Of a stretch of 64,000 nucleotides of DNA, positions 48,550 through 60,731 are shown in pieces. The translations under genes and the position numbers were made by a program. Source of the stretch: Anaeromyxobacteraceae bacterium (lineage in GTDB: Bacteria > Myxococcota > Myxococcia > Myxococcales > Anaeromyxobacteraceae); assembly GCA_032654565.1 (NCBI GenBank), contig JAULAX010000002.1:175457-239456 (forward strand), given 5' to 3'. Numbering within the stretch: position 1 is the first letter of the stretch; the number at the start of each line of letters is the position of its first letter. The notes below the pieces were generated by a model. The model was not told the origin of the DNA and did no database searches. It saw only the letters and a list, made by a program, of their open reading frames with translations.

Positions 48550-51255
48550 TCAGGCGTCGAGGTAGCGAGGAGCGCGCGGCTGGCCCGTGGGCCCGGTCCG
48601 CTCGGTCTTCGCCAGGCTCACGCCCTCCTTCAGAAGTCGCACTCCGGTGGGCGGGACCCCCGCTTCGCCGAAGATCGCCGCCAGCACCTCGGCTGGACGC
48701 GCGCTCCCCGAGGGATCCGCCCGCAGGCTGAACGCGACCCGGCCCGGTCCTTCGACGCCGAGGTGGGTCACGATTTCCCTCAGGTTTATCTCTCTTTGCT
48801 TGGTCCCTGCAACCCGCTGGTGACGACGCCGGTCCTTGTTCCTCGTCACCTTGGTCCGCTGGATGACCGCCGACTCGGCCGCCAGGAAGGCCTCCACCCT
48901 GTCCGAGAGCAAGGGCTGGGTCCATGAATCATCAGTGAATTCAGCCACGTAATGGATGGCGCGGAGGGCCTCGCCGATCGACGGAGACCCGGTCTCGATG
49001 AGGTCGACCGAGAGCAGCTTCAGCCCCTCGGGCAGGGCCCGGGAGAGCCGGGAGGCGATATCGGTCGGCTCGACCGGACCCACCAGCTCCAGGTCGAGGA
49101 GCTCGGCGTGGCTCTCGATGCCGACCGACAGGGCCGGCCCGAAGGAGATCTTCGGCTTCGGGTGGTAGCCCTGCGAGTAGGCCATGGGCAGCCCGGCCCG
49201 GCGCGAGGCCCGCAGCAGGGCGTGCATGGTCTCGAGGTGCGACAGCGCCACCAGCCGGCCCAGCTTGGCGTAGCGGATGCGGACGTGGCTGCGCAGCGGC
49301 GACGGGGGCGGGCGCGGCGGCGCCGCCGGCGCCTTCACGTAGTCCTTGGGCTCGTAGACCCGGGTCTTCACCACCTTGAAGTCGCAGGCCCCGCAGGCGG
49401 TGCAGGGGGCGATCACGCAGTCCGGCACCTCGGTGAGGGTCCGCGCCGCCTCCATCTGCTCCACCAGGTACGCCTTGGTGACGCCGCAGTCGATCCGGTC
49501 CCAGGGCAGGACCTCGTCGTAGGGGCGCCGGCGGTGGGCGAAGAACTCGATGCCGACGCCGTGGAGCCGCTCGCACTCGGCGAAGGCGGCCAGCCAGCGC
49601 CCCTCGTCGAACCACTCGGTCCAGCCGTCGAGCCGCTGCCCGGCCCGGTAGGCGTGGAGCACGGCGGTGCCGACCCGCCGGTCGCCGAGCGCCAGCGCCC
49701 CCTCGATGGAGGACTGGCGCGAGTCGTGCGGCTTGAACTGGATGGCGCCGTTCCGGCCGCCCAGCGCCGCGGTGATCAGCGCCTGCCGCCGGCGGGTCTC
49801 CTCCGGCCTGATCATGGGCTCCCACTGGAAGGGGGTGAAGGGCTTGGGCACGAAGGTGGAGGCGCCCAGCGAGATGGCGGCCGAGCCCTGCCCCTTGGGC
49901 AGCACCCGCCGCGCCGCGGCCAGGCACTTCTGGGCCAGGGTGGCGATGGCCACCACGTCCTCGTCGCGCTCCTCGGGCAGCCCGATCATGAAGTAGAGCT
50001 TGAGCAGCGACCAGCCGTTCTTGAAGATCGACTCGACGGCGTTGAGCAGGTCGGCCTCGTGGTTCCCCTTGTTGATGACGGCGCGCATCCGCTCGGTGGC
50101 GGCCTCGGGCGCCAGGGTGAAGCCGGTCTTGCGGATGCGGCCGATCTTCTCGGCCAGCGAGTCGGACATGGTCTCGGTGCGCAGCGACGGCAGCGACATG
50201 GCGATCTTCTCGCCCTCGTAGCGGCCGATGAAGTCGTCGAGCAGCGGGTCGAGGCAGGCGTAGTCGCCGGAGGAGAGCGAGAGCAGCCCCACCTCCTCGT
50301 AGCCGGAGGCGCGCAGGCCGGTCTCGGCCAGCTCCAGCACCTTCTGCGGGCTGCGCTGCCGCGTTGGCCGGGTGATCATCCCCACCTGGCAGAAGCGGCA
50401 GCCGCGGGTGCAGCCGCGCTGCAGCTCCACCGGCAGCCGATCGTGGATGGTGGACATGAACGGCACGATGGGGTTGGTGTAGGCGCTGGTGGGGAGCACG
50501 TCGAGGTCGGGCATGACCCGCCGCTCGATCCGATCGTACCCGGGGCGCAGCGCCTCGATGCCGGTGAGCACCTTGCTGTCGGCGTGGTAGCGCGGGGCGA
50601 AGAAGGACGGCACGTAGACGCCGGGGATGCCCGCCAGCCGCGTGAGCAGCTCGGCCCGGGTGGCGCCGCCGCGGCGGAAGCCCGAGGCGGCGATGACCTC
50701 GGCGATCTCCACCGCCACCTCCTCCCCCTCGCCGACGGCGAAGGCGTCGAAGAAGTCGGCCACCGGCTCGGGGTTGTAGGCGCAGGGGCCGCCGCCGAGG
50801 ACGATGGGATCCTGGTCGCCGCGCTCGGCCGCCAGCAGCGGGATGCCGGAGAGGTCGAGCAGCGCCAGCACGCTGGTGTAGCAGAGCTCGAACTGCAGGG
50901 TCAGGCCGAGCACGTCGAAGTCGCGGACCGGGGCCCGCGACTCCAGCGAGAAGAGCGGCAGCCGGTGCTCGCGCAGCAGGGCCTCGAGGTCGGGCCAGGG
51001 CAGGAAGACCCGCTCGCAGGCCAGGCCGGGCTGGTCGTTGAGCAGGTGGTAGAGGAGCCGGAAGCCGAGGTTGGACATGCCGACCTCGTAGGTGTCCGGG
51101 AAGGCGAGCGCGAAGCGGACCCTGGCGGTGGCCAGGTCCTTCTTCACGGCGCCGAACTCGCAGCCGACGTAGCGGGTCGGCTTCTCGGCGCGGAGGATCA
51201 GCTCGTCGAGGGTGGCGGCGGGGGGCAGCGCGGCGCGCTGGGAGGCGTCGGTCAT
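48550..51255 (-). CDS. B12-binding-like radical SAM protein fused to radical SAM-linked domain (TIGR03960/TIGR03936 type)
   Basis: FPDTYEVGMSNLG, RGCTRGCRFC, TLAPEA, LKLYFMIGLP; C-terminal LSHLE...YSQGYHPKPKISFGPAL; typical position upstream of rne/rng. Confidence 0.92.
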   Translation of the reverse strand: MTDASQRAALPPAATLDELILRAEKPTRYVGCEFGAVKKDLATARVRFALAFPDTYEVGMSNLGFRLLYHLLNDQPGLACERVFLPWPDLEALLREHRLPLFSLESRAPVRDFDVLGLTLQFELCYTSVLALLDLSGIPLLAAERGDQDPIVLGGGPCAYNPEPVADFFDAFAVGEGEEVAVEIAEVIAASGFRRGGATRAELLTRLAGIPGVYVPSFFAPRYHADSKVLTGIEALRPGYDRIERRVMPDLDVLPTSAYTNPIVPFMSTIHDRLPVELQRGCTRGCRFCQVGMITRPTRQRSPQKVLELAETGLRASGYEEVGLLSLSSGDYACLDPLLDDFIGRYEGEKIAMSLPSLRTETMSDSLAEKIGRIRKTGFTLAPEAATERMRAVINKGNHEADLLNAVESIFKNGWSLLKLYFMIGLPEERDEDVVAIATLAQKCLAAARRVLPKGQGSAAISLGASTFVPKPFTPFQWEPMIRPEETRRRQALITAALGGRNGAIQFKPHDSRQSSIEGALALGDRRVGTAVLHAYRAGQRLDGWTEWFDEGRWLAAFAECERLHGVGIEFFAHRRRPYDEVLPWDRIDCGVTKAYLVEQMEAARTLTEVPDCVIAPCTACGACDFKVVKTRVYEPKDYVKAPAAPPRPPPSPLRSHVRIRYAKLGRLVALSHLETMHALLRASRRAGLPMAYSQGYHPKPKISFGPALSVGIESHAELLDLELVGPVEPTDIASRLSRALPEGLKLLSVDLIETGSPSIGEALRAIHYVAEFTDDSWTQPLLSDRVEAFLAAESAVIQRTKVTRNKDRRRHQRVAGTKQREINLREIVTHLGVEGPGRVAFSLRADPSGSARPAEVLAAIFGEAGVPPTGVRLLKEGVSLAKTERTGPTGQPRAPRYLDA

Positions 51256-51384
51256 GGGTCGTCGGGCGGCGGAGTCGAACCGCCAGGTGCCCGCCGTGAG
51301 AGGCGCCGACCGCGGGGCGCGGACGGCGTGCAGGCGGCGAGCCGTACCATGCGCCGCGCGCGGGTCGCAACCCGGGGCCCGCGC

Positions 51385-53475
<2,091 letters not shown>

Positions 53476-53515
53476 CTAGCGGCGCGCCGACGGCGCGGCA
53501 AGCCGGGGGCGGCCC

Positions 53516-54064
53516 CTAGTACGTGGGGGGACTGGTGTCCTCCTGGCCGAGGGGCGGGTAGATCCACTTCCCGGTCAGATCGGTCTCGTCGGTCTGGTAG
53601 AGGCCATTGACGCGCTCGTAGTAGACGTAGCGGAGGCTCAGGTGCCCGTCGCCGTCCAGGTCGCCGCGCGCCTCGACGAGCAGGGTGGGCGGGTTGACGG
53701 TGTCGTCGGCGGTGAACTGGTACTGGTAGTAGGTCGCTCCCTCGATCTCCTCGGAGCTCTGGAAGACCTCGGCCCACCCGGCCGCCTTCCAGTTGGGGAC
53801 CTGCTTGGCGGCGCTGGGGGTGCCGGCCGGCTGCCAGGACCCGAACAGCTTTCCGCCCGGGATCGAGCCCCGCTGCACGTAGACGTCGGCCACCGCCTTC
53901 TTGATGCGGAGCATCAACTCGTGCCGCTCGGCCGCCTTGGCGCGCAGCACCAGCTTGCCGAACTCGGGGATGGCCACCGAGGCGAGGATGCCGATGATGG
54001 CGACCACCACCATCAGCTCGATGAGCGTGAACCCCTTCTCCAGACCCATCGCGGCGCGCTTCAT
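53516..54064 (-). CDS. Type IV pilin-like protein with class III signal peptide
   Basis: KG|FTLIELMVVVAIIGILASVAIP; C-terminal ARGDLDGDG. Confidence 0.9.
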   Translation of the reverse strand: MKRAAMGLEKGFTLIELMVVVAIIGILASVAIPEFGKLVLRAKAAERHELMLRIKKAVADVYVQRGSIPGGKLFGSWQPAGTPSAAKQVPNWKAAGWAEVFQSSEEIEGATYYQYQFTADDTVNPPTLLVEARGDLDGDGHLSLRYVYYERVNGLYQTDETDLTGKWIYPPLGQEDTSPPTY

Positions 54065-55596
54065 GGTGCCCCCTTCTTGTCCGCGGACGGCGCCTTCGCG
54101 CCCTCCGCCGTGATCCTCAAGCCGCCTCCGGTGGTGTCCGTGACGGTGTTGCCCATCAACCTCTGCTGCGCCTTGAACCGCTCCACCTGAGCCGGGTCGA
54201 CCGGTCCCTTGCCTGGGACCAGTTCGCGAACCCTCGAGCCCGGTGGCGCCGGCAGCAGCCGCATGCCCTCCGGCTGCCCCGGATAGGTCGGCAGCTGGGA
54301 GACGGCGGTCTCCAGCGTCCACCAGCGGTAGCCGTGGACGGCCCCGGCCCCCAGCACCGCCAGCGCCAGCAGGATCCAGACCACCCGGCCGCGCTTGCGC
54401 CCGGCCACCTCCTCCTCATCCTCGCCCGCCTTGTCGCTGAGGAAGCGGGCCGCCGCCGCGGTGCGCCCCGTCACCGGTCTCGTCATCGCCGGCTCGGCCG
54501 GGACCTCGGAGGGAACCAGCCGGTGGACGTCGTCGGAGAGATCGATGGCCTCCCGCACCAGGGCGTTCCGGATCGACTCCAGCGCCAGCTTCACCTCGGG
54601 CTCGGCCTGGTCCACCAGCCCCTTGACCTGGTTGAGCAGCCCGTCGATCTCGGAGAGCAGCTCCGCCACCGCGGCGCCGTCGATGGCCGTCCCCGGCGCC
54701 GGGACGGTGGCCCGCGCCACGGCCACCCGGAGCCGCAGCACGGCGGCGTGGCGGATGGGCCTGGCGTCGACCGGCGCCGAGCCCGAGGTGAAGACCTCGC
54801 GCTCCAGGCTGGAGAGCCCGGCGGCCACCCGGTCGACGACTCCTTCGAGCGAGGGGGGCTCTGCGGCGCCGCCCAGGGCTCCGCGGAGCGCCCGCTCCGC
54901 CTCGACCGCGGACGGCCCGTTGGCGGGCCAGAGGATCTCGCCAGGTGGCGAGGCGACGCCTGGCACGGCGAGCAGCATGGCCGGAAGGGGCGTGGCCACG
55001 GCGCCACCCAGGTCGCGGAAGAGGTCGAGCGGGGCGCCGGACGCACTGGCCGCGGCCGGCGCCGGGACCTTCACCCCGGCCAGGCTGGCCGGGAACGGCG
55101 TCGCCAGCCTGGCACCGAGGTCGGCGAAGAGATCGAGCGGGGCGGGCTTCGCGGGAGCGGGCTCGGCCGGTGGCCCGGCCACCTCCGCCAGGTGCGCCGC
55201 CGCCGCCGGTGGAGGCGCGGGTGGCTGCGTCGCCCCAGCGCGGGAGGAGCCGATGGCGCGCTCGATGGCCGGCAGCATCGAGTGGGCCTTGCCATCCCAC
55301 GGCACCGCCTCGATGGAGAGCGGCTCGAGGGAGAGGGCGGCGGCCTCCTGACCCGGAGGAAGGGCCGCCACCACCCGAAGGCCGGGGCTCTGCTGGCGGA
55401 GCTGGGTGAGCGCCGGGAGCCAGCGCGGCTCGAACTCGACCACCAGGACGCCGCTCGATTCGGCGCACAGCGTCAAGGCCACCGCCGGCTCCGGAGCGAT
55501 GCGCGGGCGGCTGCCGGCCCGCTCGGTGACCGGGGCGAAGAGCGCCAGCGCGAACGGCTTGGTTCCTGCGATGACGACGTCGGTCGATCCGGCCAT
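54061..55596 (-). CDS. Hypothetical membrane protein (degenerate receiver-like N-domain, Pro-rich repeats, one TM helix)
   Basis: 511-aa ORF ATGA-coupled to the pilin; TM segment VVWILLALAVLGAGAV. Confidence 0.7.
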   Translation of the reverse strand: MAGSTDVVIAGTKPFALALFAPVTERAGSRPRIAPEPAVALTLCAESSGVLVVEFEPRWLPALTQLRQQSPGLRVVAALPPGQEAAALSLEPLSIEAVPWDGKAHSMLPAIERAIGSSRAGATQPPAPPPAAAAHLAEVAGPPAEPAPAKPAPLDLFADLGARLATPFPASLAGVKVPAPAAASASGAPLDLFRDLGGAVATPLPAMLLAVPGVASPPGEILWPANGPSAVEAERALRGALGGAAEPPSLEGVVDRVAAGLSSLEREVFTSGSAPVDARPIRHAAVLRLRVAVARATVPAPGTAIDGAAVAELLSEIDGLLNQVKGLVDQAEPEVKLALESIRNALVREAIDLSDDVHRLVPSEVPAEPAMTRPVTGRTAAAARFLSDKAGEDEEEVAGRKRGRVVWILLALAVLGAGAVHGYRWWTLETAVSQLPTYPGQPEGMRLLPAPPGSRVRELVPGKGPVDPAQVERFKAQQRLMGNTVTDTTGGGLRITAEGAKAPSADKKGAP

Positions 55597-55762
55597 AGGT
55601 CCCTTGCGCCCCCCTTTGGTGCGCTCTCCTGGATCTTACTCCCTTCGCGACATTTCGCGCCGCCCCTCCCTCTGTCCCCAGTTCGCGTGACGTTTCGGTG
55701 CGCCCGCTTGACGCACACGCTCGGTGCGAGTAGGGCCGCCGGAGGGCTCGCCGGAGCGCTCG

Positions 55763-55791
55763 TTGACAGTCCCGCGCCCCCGCCGTACCTT
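55763..55791 (+). promoter_or_regulatory. Putative sigma70 promoter of rho
   Basis: TTGACA-N17-TACCTT; a second TTGACG-N17-TAGGGC lies at 55708-55736. Confidence 0.65.
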
Positions 55792-55877
55792 CGGCACCTC
55801 TCCTCCTCGCTTCCCGAGCGACGCTCCACCAGCCCGCGGCGCGCCTCCAGCGCCTGGCTTCACCACCGGACGGTGAC

Positions 55878-57188
55878 ATGTCTTCCGAAGCCGCAGCGCC
55901 CGCTGCCCCTTCCATCCCCGACCTCAAGCACATGAAGGTGGCCGAGCTGGCCGCCATGGCCCGCGCGCTCGACGTCGAGGGGGCCAGCTCGCTCAAGAAG
56001 CAGGACCTGATCTTCGCCATCCTCACTGCCCGCTCCAAGGCGGCCGACGAGAAGAAGGAGGAGATGGAGGTCGGCGGCGAGGGGACGCTCGAGGTGCTGC
56101 CCGACGGCTTCGGCTTCCTGCGCAGCCCCGACTTCAGCTACCTGCCCGGCCCCGACGACATCTACGTCTCGCCCTCGCAGATCCGCCGCTTCAACCTGCG
56201 CACCGGCGACACCCTGCGCGGCACGGTGCGGCAGCCCAAGGAGGGCGAGCGCTACTTCGCCCTGCTCCGGGTCGACACCATCAACGGCTCCCCCCCGGAG
56301 GAGAACCAGGCCAAGGTCCTCTTCGACAACCTGACCCCGCTCTACCCCACCGAGCGGCTCCGGCTCGAGCACGACCAGAACGAGATGACCACCCGGGTGG
56401 TGGACCTCTTCTCGCCCATCGGCAAGGGGCAGCGCTGCCTCATCGTCTCGCCGCCGCGGGCCGGCAAGACGGTGATCCTGCAGAACATGGCCCACGCCAT
56501 CACCGCCAACCACCCCGAGGTCACCCTCATCGTGCTGCTCATCGACGAGCGGCCCGAGGAGGTGACCGACATGGAGCGGACCGTGAAGGGCGAGGTGGTG
56601 GCCTCCACCTTCGACGAGCCGGCCACCCGCCACGTCCAGGTGGCCGAGATGGTCATCGAGAAGGCGCGGCGGCTGGTGGAGCACAAGCGCGACGTGGTGA
56701 TCCTGCTCGACTCGATCACCCGGCTGGCCCGCGCCTACAACTCCACCGTCCCGCCCTCGGGGAAGATCCTCTCCGGCGGCGTCGACTCCAACGCCCTGCA
56801 CAAGCCCAAGCGCTTCTTCGGCGCCGCCCGCAACATCGAGGAGGGGGGCTCGCTCACCATCATCGGCACGGCGCTGGTGGACACCGGCAGCCGCATGGAC
56901 GAGGTGATCTTCGAGGAGTTCAAGGGGACCGGCAACTCCGAGATCGTGCTCGACCGCAAGCTCATGGAGAAGCGGATCTTCCCCTGCATGGACATCGGCA
57001 AGAGCGGCACCCGCAAGGAGGAGCTGCTGCTGCCCCCCGACTGGCTCTCCAAGATCTACATCCTGCGCCAGACCATCCTCAACGGGCTCGACAACGTCGA
57101 GGCCATGAAGTTCATGCTCGACAAGTTCCGCCAGGTGAAGAGCCACGACGAGTTCTTCAAGATGATGGTGGCCGGCGGCGGCAAGTAG
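55878..57188 (+). CDS. rho: Transcription termination factor Rho
   Basis: [53 protein letters not shown]. Confidence 0.98.
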   Translation: MSSEAAAPAAPSIPDLKHMKVAELAAMARALDVEGASSLKKQDLIFAILTARSKAADEKKEEMEVGGEGTLEVLPDGFGFLRSPDFSYLPGPDDIYVSPSQIRRFNLRTGDTLRGTVRQPKEGERYFALLRVDTINGSPPEENQAKVLFDNLTPLYPTERLRLEHDQNEMTTRVVDLFSPIGKGQRCLIVSPPRAGKTVILQNMAHAITANHPEVTLIVLLIDERPEEVTDMERTVKGEVVASTFDEPATRHVQVAEMVIEKARRLVEHKRDVVILLDSITRLARAYNSTVPPSGKILSGGVDSNALHKPKRFFGAARNIEEGGSLTIIGTALVDTGSRMDEVIFEEFKGTGNSEIVLDRKLMEKRIFPCMDIGKSGTRKEELLLPPDWLSKIYILRQTILNGLDNVEAMKFMLDKFRQVKSHDEFFKMMVAGGGK

Positions 57189-57233
57189 GGGCGGCGCGAC
57201 CCGGCCCCGGGGGCGGCCGGAGGGGTCCGGGGG

Positions 57234-57262
57234 TTGACGCAACCGCCCGATCCGACTAGATC
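57234..57262 (+). promoter_or_regulatory. Putative sigma70 promoter of rpmE
   Basis: TTGACG-N17-TAGATC. Confidence 0.5.
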
Positions 57263-57336
57263 CCCCGGTTCACATTGCCGGTCCCGGACCATCGCGCCCA
57301 TCGGCGCGGTGCAAGCGGCCCGAGGAGAGGAACGTC

Positions 57337-57729
57337 ATGAAGGAAGGCATCCACCCCGACTACAAGCCCACCAAGGTGCTCTGCGCCTGTGGCACCGAGA
57401 TCGTCACCCGCTCGGTGCGTGGCGACTTCCACGTCGAGATCTGCTCCAGCTGCCACCCGTTCTTCACCGGCAAGCAGAAGATCATGGACACCGCGGGCCG
57501 CATCGAGAAGTTCAAGAACCGCTACGGCAACGCCTCCTCGGCCACCATCAGCGCCGCCCCGGCGCCGAAGGCCGAGCCGGTGGCCGCGCCGTCCAAGAAG
57601 GCGGTCGCCGACGGCAACCGCGCCACCAAGCGGGCCAAGGCCAACGCCGGGAAGCCGAAGAAGGTCGTGGAGGCCGCCGCCGAGGCGCCCGCCGCGGCCC
57701 CGGCCGCCGACGCGCCGGCCGCCGAGTAG
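57337..57729 (+). CDS. rpmE: 50S ribosomal protein L31 (Zn-binding type) with Ala/Lys/Pro-rich tail
   Basis: MKEGIHPDY...CACG...[24 protein letters not shown]. Confidence 0.96.
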   Translation: MKEGIHPDYKPTKVLCACGTEIVTRSVRGDFHVEICSSCHPFFTGKQKIMDTAGRIEKFKNRYGNASSATISAAPAPKAEPVAAPSKKAVADGNRATKRAKANAGKPKKVVEAAAEAPAAAPAADAPAAE

Positions 57730-57757
57730 CACCGGTCGCCGCACCGCCGGAGCAGGG

Positions 57758-57788
57758 ACGGCGCCCCCCGGGGCGCCGTTCTGCGTTT
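57758..57788 (+). terminator. Probable terminator after rpmE
   Basis: ACGGCGCCC-CCCG-GGGCGCCGT stem-loop followed by TCTGCGTTT. Confidence 0.55.
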
Positions 57789-57842
57789 CCGGGCCCGGGC
57801 CGGCGCCTTGACGAGTCGGGGCGGCCATCGCATCGTCGCCCG

Positions 57843-58040
57843 GTGACCTCTTCGCCCTCCGATCCGCCGCCCCCGCCCCTGCCCTCCCGGCAAGGTCTCG
57901 CCGAGCTGCTGCTGCTGGTGGGCTTCCTGGCGCTGGCCACCGTCGGCGCCGTGGCGGTCTTCGGCGCCGAGCTCCGCCAGGCCCTGGGCGCCCCGCCACC
58001 CCCGGCGGCCCCGCCCGCCGGCCAGGTCCGGGCCCCCTGA
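57843..58040 (+). CDS. Small Flp/Tad pilin-like membrane peptide
   Basis: SRQGLAELLLLVGFLALATVGAVAVFGAELRQAL resembles Flp GQGxxEYxxx...FGxxI; the -1 Gly and the Tyr are not conserved. Confidence 0.55.
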   Translation: MTSSPSDPPPPPLPSRQGLAELLLLVGFLALATVGAVAVFGAELRQALGAPPPPAAPPAGQVRAP

Positions 58041-58064
58041 ACGGCCGCGGTGTATGATCGCCCG

Positions 58065-59483
<1,419 letters not shown>

Positions 59484-59551
59484 CCTGGGCCTCCGCCCAG
59501 GGTCCGACCCCGGCCTGTGGGCGCGCCTCGCCCGGGCCTTCGCGGAGCCCC

Positions 59552-59603
59552 TGACAATTTGGCGTGAGGCCGCGGTGAACCGCCCCGTCTTTGCCAATTT
59601 GGC
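59552..59603. promoter_or_regulatory. Paired candidate enhancer (EBP-binding) sites
   Basis: TGACAATTTGGC (59552) and TGCCAATTTGGC (59592), 40 bp apart, upstream of a sigma54 promoter. Confidence 0.65.
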
Positions 59604-59696
59604 TCGCCGCGCCGCGGCGTCACCGACGAGCCCACCGGACCGCTCGAATTCCCTTTTGATCCGAGCAGCTTGACGCGCCGCCGCGCCAGCCCGGCG

Positions 59697-59712
59697 TGGC
59701 ACGTCGGTTGCT
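59697..59712 (+). promoter_or_regulatory. Sigma54 promoter of the gsp operon
   Basis: TGGCACG-TCGG-TTGCT, an exact -24/-12 consensus 20 nt before the gspC ATG. Confidence 0.88.
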
Positions 59713-59732
59713 CTCTGGAGGTTCGGGCCACC

Positions 59733-60716
59733 ATGCTCGACCTCTTCTTCCGCAAGTACGCCTGGACCGCGACCCTCGCCCTGCTCTTCGCCGGGGCCTG
59801 GATCGTCGCGCGCACCGTCAACACCGTGGTGGGCGCCGCCATCAAGCCCAGGCCGCAGGCCGACGCGGGCGCGCTCGCCGCGCCGGCGCCGCGGCCGGTC
59901 CTCCCCACCACCCTCGATCCCGACCGGCTCTACCGGCTGATCGGCGTGGAGCCGCCCAAGGCGGCCGAGCTCGACGCCGCCGCCGCCGCACCCACCCGCC
60001 CCCAGACCTGCGGGGACCGGGCGGCCCGCCCCGTGAAGAGCGACCTGCGGCTGCTGCTGGTGGTGGCGGTCCAGGCGGAGGAGCCCTCGGCCTCGCTGGT
60101 GACCCTGACCGACACCGCCTCGCGCGAGTCGCGGGTGCTGGGCGTGGGCGAGGAGTTCGGCGGGGCCAAGCTGCTCGGCGTCGAGCGGCTGGGCGAAGCC
60201 GCCGACGCCACCGGCAACGCCTTCAAGATGGTGGCGGTGATCTGCAACGGCGGCACCAAGGAGTACCTGGACGGCGAGGCCGGGGCCGGCGCGGTCGAGG
60301 CCAACCTCAACGTCGGGGTGGCGCAGGTGCCGGGGCGGACCGCGGCGGGGCGGCCGGCCGGCGGGCAGCTCGACGGCGTCCGCAAGCTCACCGACACCCG
60401 CTACGAGATCGACAAGGCCATCATCGACTCCTCCCTCTCCAACCTGAACACCCTGGCCACCCAGGCGCGGCTGGTCCCCAGCTTCAAGAACGGGATCGCC
60501 AACGGGTTCAAGCTCTTCCAGATCCAGCCGGGCTCGCTCTATTCGTCGATCGGGATCGAGAACGGCGACGTCATCACCCGCATCAACGGCTACGAGATCA
60601 ACTCGCCGGACAAGGCGCTGGAGATCTACCAGAAGCTCCGCGAGTCGAGCCACGTCACGCTGGAGCTCGACCGCGGCGGTCAGAACATCAAGAAGGACTA
60701 CAGCATCACCCCGTAG
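59733..60716 (+). CDS. gspC: Type II secretion protein GspC (with PDZ domain)
   Basis: N-terminal TM, HR-like domain, PDZ GFKLFQIQPGSLYSSIGIENGDVITRING; precedes the secretin. Confidence 0.9.
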   Translation: MLDLFFRKYAWTATLALLFAGAWIVARTVNTVVGAAIKPRPQADAGALAAPAPRPVLPTTLDPDRLYRLIGVEPPKAAELDAAAAAPTRPQTCGDRAARPVKSDLRLLLVVAVQAEEPSASLVTLTDTASRESRVLGVGEEFGGAKLLGVERLGEAADATGNAFKMVAVICNGGTKEYLDGEAGAGAVEANLNVGVAQVPGRTAAGRPAGGQLDGVRKLTDTRYEIDKAIIDSSLSNLNTLATQARLVPSFKNGIANGFKLFQIQPGSLYSSIGIENGDVITRINGYEINSPDKALEIYQKLRESSHVTLELDRGGQNIKKDYSITP

Positions 60717-60731
60717 ACGGCGGACTCCTCC

